DNA of 64,000 nt from a phage. Of this stretch, positions 30,991 to 41,570 are shown one piece after another; the stretch's first letter is position 1; each line of letters opens with the position of its first letter. Both the position numbers and the translations under genes were made by a program. The stretch lies in the sequence record PX645697.1; one strand, written 5' to 3'. The notes below the pieces were generated by a model. That model was not told the origin of the DNA and did no database searches. It saw nothing but the letters and a program-made list of their open reading frames with translations.

Positions 30991-31381
30991 CTTTTTTGAA
31001 TTGTTTTCTTGCATCATTCTCTTCTTTTGTTTTAATCTTATGACAAGGGTCTTTACACAGAACCTGAAAACCTTCTTTCTCACACAGAGCACGAGAGATA
31101 ATTTCATCCCAAGTTGCTTCATGATCAAGAGGCACGATAGGATTTATATGATCTATAGCCATATCCTTTACAGGGTGGTCAGAACCACACATGGCACACT
31201 TAAAGTGCATTGCCAGTCTGCCTGTCTTTGGATTAATCTTCTGCTCTGTCTTGGCGTCTGCTAGTGCATCGAACATGGGCTTCCACTTTCTAGTCAGAGA
31301 ACGAATCCCTGACTTGATGAAAGAGTTATAACGGGCTTCAGTCCACATTCCAGAGCATCTAGTCTTCTCAGACTTCGCCAT
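30980..31381 (-). CDS. HNH endonuclease
   Basis: 133 aa; HFKCAMCGS...AIDHINPIVP...QVLCKDPCHKIKT (CxxC, DH..P, CxxCH..K). Confidence 0.7.
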   Translation of the reverse strand: MAKSEKTRCSGMWTEARYNSFIKSGIRSLTRKWKPMFDALADAKTEQKINPKTGRLAMHFKCAMCGSDHPVKDMAIDHINPIVPLDHEATWDEIISRALCEKEGFQVLCKDPCHKIKTKEENDARKQFKKGNE

Positions 31382-31557
31382 AATCAGCTTCTTCCCATAC
31401 GCGCTTACCTACTCGATGTGATACTTTTTCGCGCTTTTCTTTAATATAGCGACTTCCTAATTCATGGCTATACTTAATGCGCTGCTCCTTACGAGATTCA
31501 CGATTGGAGGAGTTTTCATCATATGAACGATAATCAAATTTACCCATTATAATATCC

Positions 31558-32379
31558 TTATTCCCAAGATTTATTTAACCACGACCAATCAAATAGGTCT
31601 TCCGGAGTCTGGCCAACAAAGAGCAGCCGAGCATTCTCAAGCATCTTCTCTTCATCTTCAGTATCGAACTTCTTATAATATTCCATTCGTACTATATGAT
31701 ACATGGTCCACTTATCTGTAACATCAGCCAATAGTTTAGCTGCTGCTTTCTTCCCTATTCCTTGACGTCGAAGCTGGAGCTTACCACCCCACATAACTTC
31801 TTTACGTTCTCCACATCCGGGGATATTATCTGTACCATCTCCAATCAACATTTGATAGAAGAAGTTTTGCCATGAAACTAAATCAGATACGTAGTGAGGA
31901 GGAACCTCTTTCTGTCTTTCTCCACAAGCCCAACGGTAATGCCATCCGGGCGTTATCAACAAATCTTTGTCTCTAGTACAGATAATAGTGTTCTTATCCC
32001 TACGTTGCCTTTCAGCTAGTGCATCGTCAGCCTCTCTCCCAAATACGTCTATGTATTCATACTTGGCTTTAATGTAATCACCAACGTTTTGCCAGTGAAA
32101 AGGTCTTTCTCCGGGAGGTCTATTTGCTTTGTAATCTTGCTGCTTAGCAACATCGAAACGGAAGTTACCACCTTCGCTGAAGTAGAATACAACCTTACTG
32201 CAACCTGAGCGAGCAATGATAGTATCTATCTTGTACTGAAGTCGTTCAATCATGAAATTGTAATCAACTGGAACACGTCCTGTGTCAAGAAAGGGATGCT
32301 CCTGAGTAAGAGCACCCACTTCATATCGAAGAACGTCAGCATCCACTATAGCTACTTCAGGGAGCTTAACGTCTTCCAT
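31558..32379 (-). CDS. 5'-3' exonuclease / flap endonuclease (FEN/PIN-like)
   Basis: 273 aa; EADDALA, TRDKDL and GDGTDNIPGCG...GKKAAAKLL motifs. Confidence 0.75.
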   Translation of the reverse strand: MEDVKLPEVAIVDADVLRYEVGALTQEHPFLDTGRVPVDYNFMIERLQYKIDTIIARSGCSKVVFYFSEGGNFRFDVAKQQDYKANRPPGERPFHWQNVGDYIKAKYEYIDVFGREADDALAERQRRDKNTIICTRDKDLLITPGWHYRWACGERQKEVPPHYVSDLVSWQNFFYQMLIGDGTDNIPGCGERKEVMWGGKLQLRRQGIGKKAAAKLLADVTDKWTMYHIVRMEYYKKFDTEDEEKMLENARLLFVGQTPEDLFDWSWLNKSWE

Positions 32380-32380
32380 A

Positions 32381-32907
32381 TTATTCTCCTAACAGCTTAC
32401 GAATTTCATTGCGGAAGTTATCATACTCTTCAGGGTATTCAAACCCACATTCGAGAAGAGCGTAGTGAACAACCTTCAACAAATCCTGAGCCTTATTCTT
32501 ATCCTTGTGTCGATAAGCATATTTGATCATGTTGGTTTGTTGGAAGTTCAACTGAGGGTTTGCATGATAAAATTCAACAGGCTGAATGATTTTAGATTCA
32601 GGGTTATAGTGTGCACCACCAACCATAGTATCTAAAGCTGGACTTCTTTTGCTGGTTTGTTCAGTTGTAGACTTAAAGCTGACTACAGGGACAGAGGAAT
32701 AAATTGGATACTCTTCACCTACTGGCGGCTTTACCATCAACTTTTTCATTGCATACTGAATTTCTGTATCAGCAGAACACGAAGAGATTTCTTCAATAGA
32801 TTTACGATAACTGTCAAGAACTGCACGTAGCATAGAGATTGTCCCATTCTTCTCTTTTGATCTCTCTGCTAATACAATAACTTCTGCTTTTTTGGATTCA
32901 AACTCTG

Positions 32908-32917
<10 letters not shown>
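32381..32917 (-). CDS. hypothetical protein
   Basis: 178-aa ORF tightly tiled with neighbours. Confidence 0.5.
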
Positions 32918-34403
<1,486 letters not shown>

Positions 34404-34404
<1 letters not shown>

Positions 34405-34667
34405 TATTCTATTCCACGCTCTTTAAGAGCTTCTAACAATCCGTTGTGATTAGCAGCACATTCTGTGTACTGGTCCTGATACCACTCCAACGTAGTGGCT
34501 AGTGCTTTTCCTTGAGCACTCTCTAAAAGAGGTAGGTCAACCCTACATTCAGCTTTTAGGTTTGTTGGTAAGGGCATTGATTGCCTGCTGTTGTCGCTCG
34601 TTGAACAAGCTGACATACTCATCACTAGCGCAGACATTATAAAAAACTGGTTTAGTTTTCTCATAAT
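34404..34667 (-). CDS. candidate o-spanin (outer-membrane lipoprotein, Rz1-like), overlapping i-spanin in another frame
   Basis: internal start MRKLNQFFIMSALVMSMSAC with lipobox-like SAC; mature part contains prolines and Cys. Confidence 0.4.
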
Positions 34668-34923
34668 GCATCTCTTTATAAATGGTTTCCGTGTTCTTCT
34701 TCCAGTTAGATAAACCGGTAAGAACCCTCTGAGCAACTTCATCAGCTGCTCTATTTCTTTCAATCTCTAACTCTTGTTGATGTTTCTCTTTGTCCAGATT
34801 ACTGCTGTCTGTTTGATATTCGTTAAACTTCATACCACCAAAGAATACAAGAGCTGAGAAAACGATAAACCCTAAGTTATCACTTAATGTGTTTTGCATG
34901 TTGTCTCCAACGAAAAAAGCCAC
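34549..34923 (-). CDS. candidate i-spanin (Rz-like)
   Basis: 124 aa; N-terminal TM LGFIVFSALVFFGG then charged helical region; C-terminal SDEYVSLFNERQQQ resembles lambda Rz C-terminus. Confidence 0.45.
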   Translation of the reverse strand: MAFFVGDNMQNTLSDNLGFIVFSALVFFGGMKFNEYQTDSSNLDKEKHQQELEIERNRAADEVAQRVLTGLSNWKKNTETIYKEMHYEKTKPVFYNVCASDEYVSLFNERQQQAINALTNKPKS

Positions 34924-34956
34924 CCAGAGGTGGCTAAGCTATAACAAGGAGAGTTA

Positions 34957-35703
34957 TTAGAATGGGCTATCGTTGTCGTCTTCGTAAGTAGAAGCAGGCT
35001 CTTTATCAATCGTAGGGATTGAAGGAGTAGCTTCTTTCTGCTCTGTTTCAGAAGCACGAGTAATTTCACGACCAGCCAGAGGCATGTTCTTAGCGTCATT
35101 AGCTTGAGTAAGCAGGTTGCGCTGGAACGGGAACATCAGTTGATAGGATGCTACGTTCTCATCGGTTTCAGCATACGGTTCGAAGAATACCAGAGGACTA
35201 CGAGCTTCACCAACTGCTGCACGATATTTAGTTGGGATTGGAGAAATGGTCTTGATGGAGTTTTTAACTTCACCAGCTTTGTTAGTGTAAGAGTTAACCA
35301 GAATGTTAACAGGCTGGCCTAACAGAACATCCTTGAACCAAGACAGATCACCTTTCAGCGCTTGAATACTTGGGTCAATCATCTTGCAAAGATCAAGAAT
35401 ACCAGAGTTCTTAGCTCGTGGGTTTACATCATAGCTCTTGAACTGGCAAGCCGGACGTGGTTCTAATGCCTTACCATCGGAATCTTTACCAGTAGCATCA
35501 ACACCAATCAGCTCGAAAGCTAAATCCATACGGAAAGCCGGACTCTTAGGAGTTACTGCTTTGGTCTTCGGGTCAATCCAAGGATCACGATTGTGAACAC
35601 CCAAACCTACTACACGAACAATACGTGCTTCGTATTCACCATCAGGGATTACATCGTAGTTGGATTTACGGGAAGCAGTTGCGATAGTTGGAATCATAGA
35701 CAT
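34957..35703 (-). CDS. single-stranded DNA-binding protein (T7 gp2.5-like) with acidic C-terminal tail ending in Phe
   Basis: 248 aa; C-terminus ...TYEDDNDSPF; optimised codon usage; sits beside putative origin region. Confidence 0.55.
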   Translation of the reverse strand: MSMIPTIATASRKSNYDVIPDGEYEARIVRVVGLGVHNRDPWIDPKTKAVTPKSPAFRMDLAFELIGVDATGKDSDGKALEPRPACQFKSYDVNPRAKNSGILDLCKMIDPSIQALKGDLSWFKDVLLGQPVNILVNSYTNKAGEVKNSIKTISPIPTKYRAAVGEARSPLVFFEPYAETDENVASYQLMFPFQRNLLTQANDAKNMPLAGREITRASETEQKEATPSIPTIDKEPASTYEDDNDSPF

Positions 35704-35762
35704 ATTGTAATTTCCTTATTTAATTTGAAAGATTGTTGCTCTCTTTGAGCGGTTATGTATAG

Positions 35763-35771
35763 TATACATTA
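35763..35771 (-). promoter_or_regulatory. TAATGTATA promoter-like motif upstream of SSB-like gene
   Basis: exact 9-mer on - strand about 59 nt upstream of ATG 35703. Confidence 0.5.
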
Positions 35772-35834
35772 CGCTTATACCGATAAGAGTACTATATAAT
35801 ATAAGTATCTTTGGTAGTAGATATAACACATTAG

Positions 35835-35843
35835 TAATGTATA
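35835..35843 (+). promoter_or_regulatory. TAATGTATA motif on + strand, divergent from the SSB promoter
   Basis: exact 9-mer; would drive rightward transcription antisense to - strand genes. Confidence 0.35.
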
Positions 35844-35939
35844 TATTGTATAGCTGATAAAGTTATTGCAGGCTTGTATATTGGGCAATTCACAGAATCC
35901 CTTGCAAGTACCGAAGGGCAGGAGCCACCTGCGAGATAA

Positions 35940-36005
35940 AAATAGAGAATTAAGGAATCCTTGATTTAGGTTGTAGGGACTCCTAGGGACTTTGATTCTC
36001 TATTT
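35940..36005. repeat. 11-bp perfect inverted repeat AAATAGAGAAT / ATTCTCTATTT with 44-nt spacer
   Basis: arms at 35940-35950 and 35995-36005; spacer holds sub-palindrome AAGGAATCCTT and direct repeat AGGGACT..AGGGACT; inside a 416-nt ORF-free AT-rich region. Confidence 0.6.
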
Positions 36006-36119
36006 AAAAGAATATTAATTACTTATTACCTAAATAATTAACTAACTTACTTAAACCAAATTCAAGAATAATAGATAAAAAGATTATTCCTAAGAAAGCT
36101 AAAAAGTAAATAATATAAG

Positions 36120-36284
36120 TTACCATTCAAGTAAACCTTTAAAGTTAGTTTGTTCTACTATCCTCTGATAACGAAGATTAGAATCAGCTTGTTTCTTTAA
36201 CATCTCATTATATTGATCTCTGATAGAGTCTTTATGTACTACAGGTTCTTTAAATAATGAGATCTTGTTCTTTTCTTCTTTCAT
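36120..36284 (-). CDS. small hypothetical protein (start refined)
   Basis: ORF overlapping the 3' end of the phosphoesterase gene in another frame. Confidence 0.3.
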   Translation of the reverse strand: MKEEKNKISLFKEPVVHKDSIRDQYNEMLKKQADSNLRYQRIVEQTNFKGLLEW

Positions 36285-36753
36285 CAAAAACCTTCCTAAT
36301 CTCTTGCAGAGAAACAGCTTTATAATCAATTTGCTCCATTGATGTACAGAAATATCTCCAATCATCAATTACATGATTATGTGTATGAGCATAAATATTA
36401 AACCTTCCTCTCATCTCATCAGTGTGAATAGGAATATGAGTTACCCAAAACTCTTTGTACTTATAATCACCAGAGATTCTACGGAAGACTTTCATCATAT
36501 CAGGGAGAAGTTCTAACCTGTCATGGTTTCCTAAAACTAGATGCTTCTCTCCTTTTACTTCAGCGATGATATCAAGGGCATACTTTTCAAACACCCAGTC
36601 ACCAGTAAAGAAGATTTTATCTCGCTTAGTTACATGATCAAATGCAGCTAGAATTGCTTTGTCATGTTCTTCGATGGTTTTAAATTGCTTACGAAAACTA
36701 CAGATGTTGCGATGACCTAAGTGACCATCCCCTGCAAAATAAACTTCAGCCAT
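36250..36753 (-). CDS. metallophosphoesterase (calcineurin-like phosphatase)
   Basis: 167 aa; GDGHLGH ... FTGDW ... GNHD ... HTH motif order. Confidence 0.7.
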   Translation of the reverse strand: MAEVYFAGDGHLGHRNICSFRKQFKTIEEHDKAILAAFDHVTKRDKIFFTGDWVFEKYALDIIAEVKGEKHLVLGNHDRLELLPDMMKVFRRISGDYKYKEFWVTHIPIHTDEMRGRFNIYAHTHNHVIDDWRYFCTSMEQIDYKAVSLQEIRKVFDERRKEQDLII

Positions 36754-36762
36754 AAAGACCTC

Positions 36763-36978
36763 TTAGATAGTGCACCCGTCGCAAGTTAAATCACCTAGAA
36801 GGGATAGAGAAAGTAATCTGGATTGCTCATCACTGTATAGTTGATCTATCTCTTCTTTAAGTTTTGCCAACTCAATGAAATTGATAAGTTGACCATGTTC
36901 AAGACAGTCAGTTTTTAGTATGAACAAAACTTCAGCGTCTGTTGAATCTTCACTTGAGTATTTATCGATGTATTCCAT
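36763..36978 (-). CDS. hypothetical small acidic protein
   Basis: 71-aa ORF, tiled. Confidence 0.45.
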   Translation of the reverse strand: MEYIDKYSSEDSTDAEVLFILKTDCLEHGQLINFIELAKLKEEIDQLYSDEQSRLLSLSLLGDLTCDGCTI

Positions 36979-36980
36979 TT

Positions 36981-37202
36981 TTATGCCACATCTCCTTGTT
37001 TATTGTTAATAACATCCAGTGCTGTATAAGCTTTACCTGTTCCTAAGTATTCCAGAACTGGAGGACTCTTCTTTTCTTCAGCGACTACATAAGGTGTGAT
37101 TTTTCCTTTCAGTACAGCCTGAGATGCTTTAGCACTATCTTCAGATGTGTGAATAGTAGTAAGCCCTTTCTTCCCAATTCTATAAGTGTGAACCCAAATC
37201 AT
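36981..37202 (-). CDS. hypothetical small protein
   Basis: 73-aa ORF, tiled. Confidence 0.45.
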   Translation of the reverse strand: MIWVHTYRIGKKGLTTIHTSEDSAKASQAVLKGKITPYVVAEEKKSPPVLEYLGTGKAYTALDVINNKQGDVA

Positions 37203-37204
37203 TC

Positions 37205-37366
37205 TTATTCCTCATATTCCCAATTTCTTTCATAATATCCAGAGTTGTAGTTTAGGGCGCACCTCTCGGCCTCTTCTATGTCGTCAGTGTTTAGGATATT
37301 TACCCATCCTCCAACTTCATCAAAACCTTCTTCTACTTCGTTAAACCATACACTATACTTTTTCAT
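37205..37366 (-). CDS. small acidic protein (start refined to ATG at 37366)
   Basis: ATGA start/stop overlap with upstream small ORF. Confidence 0.4.
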   Translation of the reverse strand: MKKYSVWFNEVEEGFDEVGGWVNILNTDDIEEAERCALNYNSGYYERNWEYEE

Positions 37367-37539
37367 CGAGAAGTTCTTCCCCAATCTTTTACATAGCATC
37401 GACCGTTAACCCACTTTGTCTCTGACTTAAATTCTTGAGACAATCTCACTTCACAGTCTTCTCTACTGGCATCTCCTCCGATATCAATCAGATACAGGAA
37501 TAGAGCTATACCTAAAGCCCAAAGAATTATCTTCTTCAT
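37363..37539 (-). CDS. small protein with signal-peptide-like N-terminus (58 aa)
   Basis: hand-translated MKKIILWALGIALFLYLIDIGGDASREDCEV...; ATGA overlaps on both sides; below ORF-track cutoff. Confidence 0.4.
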   Translation of the reverse strand: MKKIILWALGIALFLYLIDIGGDASREDCEVRLSQEFKSETKWVNGRCYVKDWGRTSR

Positions 37540-37946
37540 CGAATCACCAAAGGCTCTTCAGAGTACACAGGAGCGGCTATTTCTACAGGAGGTGCTGCCC
37601 TCAGGTCATTAAGTCTTACTCCCTTCAGCATACCGTCTAGGTGGTCCTTTTTGGGGATTCCAACAGGGAAGTCGTCAATCCAAATATCGACGAAGAAACC
37701 TATCTGTCGACAGACCTCATCCTTCTGTACACCATTACAAAAGATAATAGGAATCTGCAAACACTCTGCATCAATCTTAATGTCGTGGTTATCGTACCCA
37801 TTAGGCTCTGCAAAGCGATAAGTTACAAAGCGTACATCGTAGCCCTTTTCTTGCATTAATGCCACCACAGAGCTCCACAGCTTTTTATCTGAGGTATAAG
37901 TGTCATCATAATCTAAACCAATATTCATGTCAAATCCTTTAGACAA
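37536..37946 (-). CDS. HAD-superfamily phosphatase-like protein
   Basis: 136 aa; N-terminal IGLDYDDT matches HAD motif I DxDxT. Confidence 0.5.
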   Translation of the reverse strand: MSKGFDMNIGLDYDDTYTSDKKLWSSVVALMQEKGYDVRFVTYRFAEPNGYDNHDIKIDAECLQIPIIFCNGVQKDEVCRQIGFFVDIWIDDFPVGIPKKDHLDGMLKGVRLNDLRAAPPVEIAAPVYSEEPLVIR

Positions 37947-37968
37947 GAAAAGCCGCCCGAAGGCAGCT
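37941..37968 (-). terminator. intrinsic terminator-like hairpin (near-identical to the + strand terminator at 8845)
   Basis: - strand AGCTGCC-TTCG-GGCGGCT followed by TTTCTTGTCT. Confidence 0.5.
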
Positions 37969-37974
37969 TCTTAT

Positions 37975-38151
37975 TTAACTGTTCACTTTAGCTTCAAGAG
38001 TTTCATTTTCAATACTCAAGTCAATCACTACACCAGTAAGCTCAACAACTGCTTGGCGAAGGGCATCTTTACCCATAGAGTGTACTTGAGATAAGAAGAA
38101 AGCTTTACCTTCTTCAGTGGACAGGGTTTCTTTTAATTCAGAAGCAGTCAT
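37975..38151 (-). CDS. small acidic protein (58 aa)
   Basis: hand-translated MTASELKETLSTEEGKAFFLSQVHSMGKDALRQAVVELTGVVIDLSIENETLEAKVNS; AAGGA SD 7 nt upstream. Confidence 0.4.
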   Translation of the reverse strand: MTASELKETLSTEEGKAFFLSQVHSMGKDALRQAVVELTGVVIDLSIENETLEAKVNS

Positions 38152-38160
38152 TGATATTCC

Positions 38161-38355
38161 TTATGTTATGTTATAAATTCGCATGATTGTACCGCCATTG
38201 GCTTCAATAGCAGCAACCATTTGGTTTCGTTCTTCATCCGTGTAAACTAACACACTTCTAAACTCACCCGTTGCATCAGTATAAAGGATGTTGTATTTCG
38301 GAGGTGGCTTACGGTAGATACCTTCCATCATTCTTTCTCCTCTCGTTCTTTCCAC
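38161..38355 (-). CDS. hypothetical small protein
   Basis: 64-aa ORF; likely real start at internal MMEG. Confidence 0.45.
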   Translation of the reverse strand: MERTRGERMMEGIYRKPPPKYNILYTDATGEFRSVLVYTDEERNQMVAAIEANGGTIMRIYNIT

Positions 38356-38511
38356 AGTTCAGCAAGTTCTAAATAAAACTCAGCTTCATCAGGACGTCCT
38401 TGTTCATTACAGATGGCGCTCTGACGATAACACCAATCCGATGGCATCTCTTCCACTTCAATCTCCTTGTTACGAACCAATCAATAAGAATAGTTCATTC
38501 GTCTTATTTAT

Positions 38512-38703
38512 TCACTCTACCAACGCAGGCACTTCTATCCTTTTAACTGTGAATGTCTTGTTTGGAAACTTTCGAACTAACTCTGCTGCTTTGGTTATTG
38601 CTAAGTTCTCTGTCTCAAAGATACACAGTTGACCATTTAATGCTACAAGAGTGGAGCCACCACTGAAGATGGCCCAAGATTCATAATAACCTTTAACACT
38701 CAT
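38512..38703 (-). CDS. hypothetical small protein
   Basis: 63-aa ORF directly downstream of the polymerase gene. Confidence 0.45.
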   Translation of the reverse strand: MSVKGYYESWAIFSGGSTLVALNGQLCIFETENLAITKAAELVRKFPNKTFTVKRIEVPALVE

Positions 38704-38711
38704 AATCTACC

Positions 38712-40556
38712 TTAGTGCGTATGCATCCAGTTGAGTCCAATCTGGCAATCAGAAGCCAGAGGACATTCCATGTTCAAATACTCACCAGCTTTCTTAACAC
38801 AAAGCTCGGTGTGTTCTTTGAGTTTCTGTACATCGTTACGGTTCACTGAGAACTGGCCCTCGTCGTGCATGTCAATTACTTTAGCACAACGAACTCCATC
38901 TTTCTCAATCCATTTGTTAAGGAACATCATAGCATATTTCATAACAACAGCACCAGCACATTGCAGGAGAGTGTTAAGGGCTTTATGAACCATAACCTTT
39001 CCAGTGGCATCCCGTCTCATTGTAATCTTACGACCATCAACTCCAATCAAGTATCCTTGAGCAGCCTTCTCTGTCATACGATCAATGAGGATTGCAATAC
39101 ATGGGTTCTCTGCCAAGAATCGTGCTCGCATCACTGAACCTTCGTCAGCCCCACCACCTACAATCGAACCAAGCTTAGCATCACCAGCACCATAGTTGAA
39201 TGCGTAGATAAACGTCTTAGCGTTGTCACGAGTAGGAAGACCAGCAAGTTTCTGGTTATGGGAGTGGATATCACCTTCAAGAAGAATATCACGATACATA
39301 ATAGCAGAAGCTAAACCACGTTCTGCCAGAGCTTTCTTAGCTGGATTATTCTCTTCGATTGCTTCAGCAAGCATATCCCTACATTCTTTAATGAGGTAGT
39401 GTGCAAGCATACGCAACTCTAATCCAGAACCATCATACCCTAAGAATACTTCTTTACCAGCGGGTATGTAATATTTGTAAGCACCTACAGGTTTGTCTTT
39501 CTTCCCCGGCTTACCTTTCTCATAAATTACGTTAGTACCTTTTCGTATATAACAACCATCAGGAACAACGTTAGTAATAACGAAAGGACGAGAGTGATCA
39601 ACATCTGAGTTATAGTCAGACTCAAACAAACCGCGACACTCATGACCAAACAAACCACGGGAGGGAATATTAACCACGATACGATGTTTGAATCGAAAAG
39701 TCGGCGTAGCGCAGCTGTTAGCTTCTGCCGAAAGTTTACCATCTTCGCGTTCCTTTGCTATGAGTCCACTGATAAGACCTAGCCTGTGAGCCGCTACAAC
39801 GCGTCTCTTAAGCAAACTCCCGACACTCCCTAGCTCACCCCCTAACCCTTCTTCAAGAGTCTCCTCGAGGTTTGTAGGAGCTGTAGGCCACTTGTTTGAG
39901 GTAGCTAGTGCTATCTTAATCTCATCAAAAGTGATAGGTCTACGTCGGTTAGGGTTTAAACCTAAACCAAATACATAAGCCTTCATATAGTTCTTAGTCT
40001 TAAACCTAAAATGCTTCTCTAAGAACTTCCTAATATCAGCGTCAACCATCTCGGCTGTCTGCTTCTGTTTAGCATTACCTCGCATCCAAGCTGAATACCA
40101 TGCTTGGTATGTTCCATACTTTCGCATATCTTTCTTGATTTCAAAAGTATTCCAAGGCTTCTTAGATACGTTAAACTCTGGAGGAAGAAAGCCCTCATCC
40201 ATAAGGGCTTCTTTAACTCGTGCATCTTTCGATGGGTCAAAGTCCACGTATTCAACACAGGTGAATGCTCCACCAATGTCTTCTCTCTTAAGACCAACTC
40301 TATCACAATAGGCTTGAGGCCACTTCTGTAAAGCTCCAGACTTCTTAAATGGCTTCATATAAGTAGAGCCATCTAATCTCATCTTAGGTAAGAGAGGAAT
40401 CAGTTCTTTGTCAATATTAACAATAATCTCTTTAAGGAGGTGAACATACCACCGAGCATTTCTTCGGTTGAAACTCACTCCGTGCTTCGCTTGCTTAGAG
40501 ATTATATCAGCGACAGTCATCTCTGTCAAAAATGGGAGAGCGTCCGGGTTGCTCAC
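38712..40556 (-). CDS. family-A DNA polymerase, polymerase domain only (no exonuclease domain)
   Basis: 614 aa; motif A GYDGSGLELRMLAHY, motif B RDNAKTFIYAFNYGAG, motif C VIDMHDEGQF. Confidence 0.85.
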   Translation of the reverse strand: MSNPDALPFLTEMTVADIISKQAKHGVSFNRRNARWYVHLLKEIIVNIDKELIPLLPKMRLDGSTYMKPFKKSGALQKWPQAYCDRVGLKREDIGGAFTCVEYVDFDPSKDARVKEALMDEGFLPPEFNVSKKPWNTFEIKKDMRKYGTYQAWYSAWMRGNAKQKQTAEMVDADIRKFLEKHFRFKTKNYMKAYVFGLGLNPNRRRPITFDEIKIALATSNKWPTAPTNLEETLEEGLGGELGSVGSLLKRRVVAAHRLGLISGLIAKEREDGKLSAEANSCATPTFRFKHRIVVNIPSRGLFGHECRGLFESDYNSDVDHSRPFVITNVVPDGCYIRKGTNVIYEKGKPGKKDKPVGAYKYYIPAGKEVFLGYDGSGLELRMLAHYLIKECRDMLAEAIEENNPAKKALAERGLASAIMYRDILLEGDIHSHNQKLAGLPTRDNAKTFIYAFNYGAGDAKLGSIVGGGADEGSVMRARFLAENPCIAILIDRMTEKAAQGYLIGVDGRKITMRRDATGKVMVHKALNTLLQCAGAVVMKYAMMFLNKWIEKDGVRCAKVIDMHDEGQFSVNRNDVQKLKEHTELCVKKAGEYLNMECPLASDCQIGLNWMHTH

Positions 40557-40572
40557 TTTATACTCCTTTAAA

Positions 40573-40995
40573 TTATTGGTAAATCAAATCCGTAAATGCT
40601 TGATTGTCTTCTATCACATCTAACACGGTAGCTTCATAACTGTAAGCCCTAACCGCCCCGTTAACAACTATCCGAGGAGTAGGTGGAGGTGGTGCATGGT
40701 TAGCCCTAGCTTCACTAGGTTGCTCTCGTACTAGATGAGCCACAACCCTTTGGTTGGCGACCTCTTCTCTTTCTCGGATAGCTCTCTGGATGTAAGCCAA
40801 CTTCATACCCCAAGCTTCTTCAAACTCTTGAGGGTGCTTATCACTGATAACCACATACTGACGTTCAGGGGTACCAGAGCGAATCTCTGACAATAGTTCA
40901 TGGAACAAATCCAGCTCATGTTCAGTGAGATTCATTTCGATATCATCCCACTTGAGAACTAGGAAACGGTTTTGATGTCTAGTCGGTAATGGCAT
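40573..40995 (-). CDS. hypothetical protein
   Basis: 140-aa ORF. Confidence 0.5.
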   Translation of the reverse strand: MPLPTRHQNRFLVLKWDDIEMNLTEHELDLFHELLSEIRSGTPERQYVVISDKHPQEFEEAWGMKLAYIQRAIREREEVANQRVVAHLVREQPSEARANHAPPPPTPRIVVNGAVRAYSYEATVLDVIEDNQAFTDLIYQ

Positions 40996-40998
40996 AGC

Positions 40999-41283
40999 TT
41001 AACCTTTTGGGAATGGCATTAAAGATTCCATAGCAGTCTTAATTTCACTATTGATTCGTGAATCACGGTAAGAGATAAACTTACCTTTGCTGTCACGTAA
41101 CATCACATGGGTTCTGGATGTTTTGTGAGGGAGCAATGTGATACTGGTTGGGATAGTGTCAACCCCTGCAAGATATGTGTCAATAGTCTTGCTTTCAGTC
41201 AACAGATAAGACCAAGTACGCGGTTTCTGCTCCGGGCGGTTGGGGTATGTGTCTCGAATCTGAACCATAGCTAACTTATTCAT
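40999..41283 (-). CDS. hypothetical protein, paralog of 41285..41536
   Basis: shared C-terminal KGKFISY...LxPFPKG motif with the adjacent gene. Confidence 0.5.
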   Translation of the reverse strand: MNKLAMVQIRDTYPNRPEQKPRTWSYLLTESKTIDTYLAGVDTIPTSITLLPHKTSRTHVMLRDSKGKFISYRDSRINSEIKTAMESLMPFPKG

Positions 41284-41284
41284 A

Positions 41285-41536
41285 TTAAACTCCTTTAGGG
41301 AATGGGATGAGGTTTTCTACTGCAACACGGAATTCTTTCTCTACATCTTTATTCTTGTAGGAAATGAACTTCCCATCAGCACCACGGAGGATTACGTTAG
41401 TACGAGCTGTTTTTGGATTATGACTAATCTGGTTTGCAATAATATTAGCAATGCCGTGGTTATTGGTAAATTTCCATTTAACCATACGATTGTTAGACAT
41501 TACATCAATGATATTTACAGATTTTACAATAGACAT
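41285..41536 (-). CDS. hypothetical protein, paralog of 40999..41283
   Basis: 83 aa; ...RGADGKFISYKNKDVEKEFRVAVENLIPFPKGV. Confidence 0.5.
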   Translation of the reverse strand: MSIVKSVNIIDVMSNNRMVKWKFTNNHGIANIIANQISHNPKTARTNVILRGADGKFISYKNKDVEKEFRVAVENLIPFPKGV

Positions 41537-41570
41537 ATTTATTACCTAAGAAGTTTAATTTGGTTTATAT

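Noticed and set aside
31368-31523. 51-aa basic ORF (MMKTPPIVESRKEQRIKYSH...) in the 175-nt gap between the FEN-like and HNH genes
   Set aside because: No convincing SD (nearest GGG is about 17 nt upstream) and it overlaps the HNH start; an earlier hand translation in the neighbouring frame stopped after 16 codons. Left uncalled.
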